DNA of 24,840 bases, taken from the NCBI GenBank assembly GCA_002269645.1, contig NIVC01005147.1, positions 1 through 24,840 of the forward strand, read 5' to 3'. The translations under genes were made by a program, and so were the position numbers. Below, in pieces: positions 21,073 through 24,840 of this stretch. This stretch comes from Macrostomum lignano. Its lineage: Eukaryota. The first letter of the stretch is position 1, and every line of letters begins with the position of its first letter. The notes under the pieces were generated by a model. The model was not told where the DNA came from, searched no databases, and was given only the letters and a program-made list of their open reading frames with translations.

Positions 21073-21784
21073 AGGGGGCGTCATTTTATTTGAGGGGGCG
21101 CCATTTTATTTGAGGGGCGCCATTTTATTTGAGGGGGCGCCATTTTATTTGAGGGGGCGCCATTTTATTTGAGGGGGCGCCATTTTATTTGAGGGGGCGC
21201 CATTTTATTTGAGGGGGCGCCATTTTATTTGAGGGGGCGCCATTTTATTTGAGGGGGCGCCATTTTATTTGAGGGGGCGCCATTTTATTTGAGGGGGCGC
21301 CATTTTATTTGAGGGGGCGCCATTTTATTTGAGGGGGCGCCATTTTATTTGAGGGGCGCCATTTTATTTGAGGGGGCGCCATTTTATTTGAGGGGGCGCC
21401 ATTTTATTTGAGGGGGCGCCATTTTATTTGAGGGGCCTTATTATATTTTGAGGGGGCACCATTTTATATGAGGGGCGCCATTCTATTTGACGGGGCGCCA
21501 TTCTATACAAAGGCGCCATGCTATACAAGTGGTGCCATTTTATCTATGGGGCCCTATTTCATTTGAGGGGGCGCCATTTCATTTGGGGGCGCATTTAAGT
21601 CTAGGGGCGCCATTTTATATGAGGTGCGCCATTCTATCTGAGGGGCGCCATTCTATCTGAGGGGGCGCCATTCTATCCAAGGTTCTATACGAGGGGCGCC
21701 CTTCTATTTGAGGAAGCGCCATTTTATTTTGAGGGGCGCCATTCTATACGAGTATGAGGGGCGCCATTACATTTGAGGGGCGCC
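21073..21784. repeat. 20-bp minisatellite (ATTTTATTTGAGGGGGCGCC) x ~35, homogeneous to ~21435 then degenerate
   Basis: Direct reading; fills most of SKOR intron 2. Confidence 0.96.
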
Positions 21785-21886
21785 AGAGCTACAGTGTAAT
21801 TGGTTACCATATGCCAACTGACTGGGGTGGCTGGCCCCCATAGCAACACAAAAGCCAATACTTTAGTAACCAATCACTGCCCTCAG

Positions 21887-22136
21887 GTGCGTGATGTGCA
21901 GCCAGTGCCGGGAGTTCTTCTCCCCGAACAAGTTCATCTTCCACTGCCACCGCCCGGAGGACTTCGAGTCGGCCAGAGTGGCCGAGTTCCGCCAGCCGGA
22001 CGCGGCGAACTTCAACGCCTGGCGAAGGCACCTGACGTTGACGGACCCGGAGCCGAGCAGCGAACTGCTGCACAACTGGGAGGACGTCAAGGCGCTGTTC
22101 AACGGCGGCTCGCGGCAGAGCACCGCCTCTGGCAAG
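21887..22136 (+). CDS. SKOR: SKOR/Fussel-like gene, exon 3 (SAND-like, Smad4-binding-type zinc domain)
   Basis: Acceptor CCCTCAG|G. C..CSQC.EFFSPNKFIFHCH...QPDAANFNAWRRHL.L...WEDVKALFNGGSR. Donor AAG|GTTGGT. Confidence 0.9.
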
Positions 22137-22188
22137 GTTGGTCGCATGCCCCACGATTCACACACACGGGGGAAACTTCCAAGGCGCA

Positions 22189-22281
22189 GCAGAGAGTGTA
22201 CACGCCTGATGATTAGAAAGTCAGGGCTGCTGTACACCCTGTGTGAGCGTGTGTGCCTGCATGCGCATCAGTGCTCAGGGA
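22189..22281 (+). mobile_element. Dispersed hairpin repeat, copy E (SKOR intron 3, sense)
   Basis: GTGTACA(22196) CG CCTGAT GATTAGAAA GTCAGG GCTGC TGTACAC(22237) CCTGTGTGAGCGTGTGTGCC, ending GTGCTCAGGG. Confidence 0.75.
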
Positions 22282-22334
22282 GCAGCGGAACCCGGTTCAC
22301 AAGCTCTCCATTGCAAACGATTGCTTCATTTCAG

Positions 22335-22817
22335 CCCGGCAGTCCAACAGCGGAGCAGCGGCAGGAATCGACCGCCGCCGCCGCCGCCGCCGCCACGGGC
22401 GCCCCAGACAGCAACGACAGCAGCAGCAGCAGCAGCCAGGGCGGCAGCATCTGCGGTGAGATGGCCGGCAACGGCGCAGCAGTTATCGGCGAAGAGCCGC
22501 CGCCGAAGATCTCGCCAGCTGCGGTCGCGTCGCCGCTGATGTGGGCCCAGCTTCTCATGCGGGCGGGCGCTATTCAGGGGCCGCTGCAGCCGCCCTGGCC
22601 GCTTGGACCGACGCCGCCTCTGCCGCTGATGCCGATGTCGATGCCGCTGTCGATGCCGCTGCCCGTCCCGCTGTCGCCGCCCCACCCAGCCATGTACTTT
22701 GGCTGCCCGCTGGTCGGCCGGGACAGTCCGGCCGGACAATCCGGCAATCTCCGTGGTCTGAAGAGGCGCCTTAGCGACCACTCCATCGAGGCCATTATGG
22801 GCGGCTCCGGCGTTTGA
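22335..22817 (+). CDS. SKOR: SKOR/Fussel-like gene, exon 4 (Ala/Ser/Pro-rich tail ending LKRRLSDHSIEAIMGGSGV*)
   Basis: Acceptor CATTTCAG|, in frame with exon 3, GC-rich composition, TGA at 22815-22817. Spliced protein 392 aa. Confidence 0.7.
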   Translation, partial: PGSPTAEQRQESTAAAAAAATGAPDSNDSSSSSSQGGSICGEMAGNGAAVIGEEPPPKISPAAVASPLMWAQLLMRAGAIQGPLQPPWPLGPTPPLPLMPMSMPLSMPLPVPLSPPHPAMYFGCPLVGRDSPAGQSGNLRGLKRRLSDHSIEAIMGGSGV

Positions 22818-24840
22818 AATTTCTATTACAGTTTTTACGAGTAGTGTCGAACAAAACCAATTTGGTGACTATTTTTATTGATGAATTTTTTTTAATGTCA
22901 TCGAGTTTCATATCAGCTTCGTAAATAAGTGCAGTGCTCCGCAGTAAGAGGTGTGCCCACGATGCCATCATGGACGCAAAGACTTGCTGTTCTGCACAGC
23001 GCTTGAGTGGGGTTTGGCCATAGACAAATTTGGCTGAGAAAAATGCTATGAGTAAATACGAGTCTCGATAAACTTGTAAGTGCACCTTTAGATGAAGCAC
23101 TCTTCTTTTGCAACTCGAACTGCAACTGAGCATCCTCAGTTAGTACAGGAGCCTGTACCGGTGCAGCGATTCTCAGGAACCGAGCAGACCGCAAGTACTG
23201 CCAAACTGGGACTCGAGCAGACTCATAACAGAACATCATGTGCCAATTGTCATGTCCTGCAGCAAGCCTATAGCCTAAATTGATGCTTTATTTGATTACT
23301 ATTATTGGCCATGTAGGCTTTGCCAAAATATTTGGTTATCTTTAGTTTCCCTGTGCTTTTTCCTCTTGCATTACTACTTTTATTAGTTCAGTAGCCAATT
23401 AGAGATGTTATTTACTAGCTAAATGAGACGAGAGTGCTGCACTGCTTCGGTCTGTTCTGCTTTTTTTCTATTCAAACTTTTAGATTCAAATAAACTCGTG
23501 TGAGGCGCCAAGTTGTACCCACTTTACCTTTGGCAACAATTTTCATCAGGTTGTTCTATCTTTTTCTGTCTACCAGTAGTAAGTAGTAAGTAGTATAAGT
23601 AACTAGTGCAAAAGACTGCTCATATGAGTGAGCGGCTGTTAAAAAAATGACCGTGTAAATAGAATATAATGCACACATAAAAACGCACAGTGCAGGCCAA
23701 AGCAATTATTAAAATACTCTAGTATACGAAATGAATAATCAAGTTTGTTTAAATGAAGTTATCTGAGAGTTACAGGGTCGACGTGTCTGCTGATTTGTAG
23801 TTCAAAGAAGACAACAGAAAGGCAATTTTCTAGTGGTATTTGTTGCAGGATTACGAGTACTATGATAACTTGATGGGGGCCACTCAGCACATTTGCGTGC
23901 AAGCTGCTGCCAGTTCAGTAGTAAGTTAAATAGAAGCATTTTAATGTATTTTAGATTCCAGCTGATGAACTCTTCGACCGCGTCTTTCCCCACCAAACCC
24001 CGCCCCAGCCCCAATTTTTATTGCCCTTCTCGCCCGGTTTTCCCGCTGCCATGTACATTTTGGTGACGCAGGGCTAATGTACATTAGGGCTATGCAATCG
24101 CAAGAAGCTGTTTACGCCTGCAAGTCACTCCAACTGCCTCATTTTATAAAAATAGCTTTAAAATTCTTTCTTACTACTGAACTGAAAGTAGAGGAACTGT
24201 TTTATCAAGCAAATATGCCAAATTGGGCCGAAGTCATCTAGTTTTTTGCCCGTGTAGTTACCTATAAATAGCTATCAAAGTACCTAATAACAATTAAACT
24301 TGAATATTACACACACTACACAGAATGTGTAACGAGGCGAAAAAACACTCGAGTTTCGGTTAGCATTTACAATTGATTGTACGCACAGCAATCGGCATGA
24401 AAGTACAGTCACTGGCTCAAAGAATATCGCAATGTACATGCACGCTCTTAAAATTTTCAAGCCAGAGGCGGAGATGTGTACGTTTACGGGGTTAAAACAA
24501 TCACGTGACGTGCTATCGCAACTGACCCTGCCTCAAACGGGTCAGTCGTGTAGCGATTGTACATTTATCTTTACACTGGAGTATATTACAAAGCTAGGCA
24601 CGCTGGTACTACTGTAAGTAAGTAGCGGTTTAATAAATGTTTGCCAACAATAATATAACTAATAAAAATGGAACTGGAACTTCGAGTAAATAAAAATATA
24701 ATACAAAATATTTGCTGTAAATGTGCGATGTTGTAAAACAACAACAACAAATGTGCGATAGTGATCTGATTGAATTACCGTGAATATCGCAGAGATTAAG
24801 GTTTATTACAGCTTAACTATCAATGAAAACGATTGAATTG

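Noticed and set aside
8940-21784. CRISPR-like appearance of the tandem arrays
   Set aside because: Units are contiguous with no unique spacers, there are no cas genes, and the context is spliced eukaryotic genes.
22196-22237. Hammerhead ribozyme reading of the hairpin element (CTGATGA/CTGACGA-TTA-GAAA)
   Set aside because: The core words are present, but no helix III with a UH cleavage triplet and matching helix I can be built. The CUGA is sequestered in the CCTGAC/GTCAGG stem, and copy A mutates both core words (CTAACGA, TAAA) while keeping the stem.
10456-22795. Antisense and alternate-frame ORFs over GC-rich exons (e.g. 10456-10839+, 15226-15627+, 20387-20782-, 21863-22237-, 22326-22781-)
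   Set aside because: Shadow ORFs of real exons in GC-rich sequence, with no recognisable motifs.
23300-24840. Short ORFs and an E-box palindrome (TCACGTGA near 24501) in the distal flank
   Set aside because: Isolated motif and short ORFs without homology or splice support; consistent with ordinary AT-rich flank.

Overview
Eukaryotic (invertebrate-like) genomic DNA with GC-rich spliced exons and introns packed with minisatellites. The style is reminiscent of long-read flatworm assemblies such as Macrostomum, but that is only an impression. Three genes can be reconstructed. (1) At 1-4982 (+), the 3' part of an apparently intronless very-large-GTPase gene (GVIN1/VLIG/URGCP family), broken by many single-base indels. 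(2) At 15512 to about 8050 (-), a multi-exon type II membrane neprilysin/M13-family gene whose zinc-binding residues are lost (HEILQ instead of HExxH; no ENIAD), so probably a pseudo-peptidase. (3) At 20412-22817 (+), a four-exon SKOR/Fussel (Ski/Sno family) corepressor that lacks the usual C-terminal coiled coil and ends in an eh1-like octapeptide (HSIEAIMG). Genes 2 and 3 are divergent. About a dozen distinct tandem arrays (14-44 bp units) are present, roughly one per intron. The most unusual non-coding signal is a dispersed ~55-110 bp element in five copies that forms a nested hairpin (GTGTACA..CCTGAC-GATTAGAAA-GTCAGG..TGTACAC). One copy shows a compensatory base-pair change, one has seeded a 21-bp tandem array, and one sits in a stop-free in-frame SKOR intron. 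No rRNA, tRNA, CRISPR array or autonomous transposon ORF is supported.
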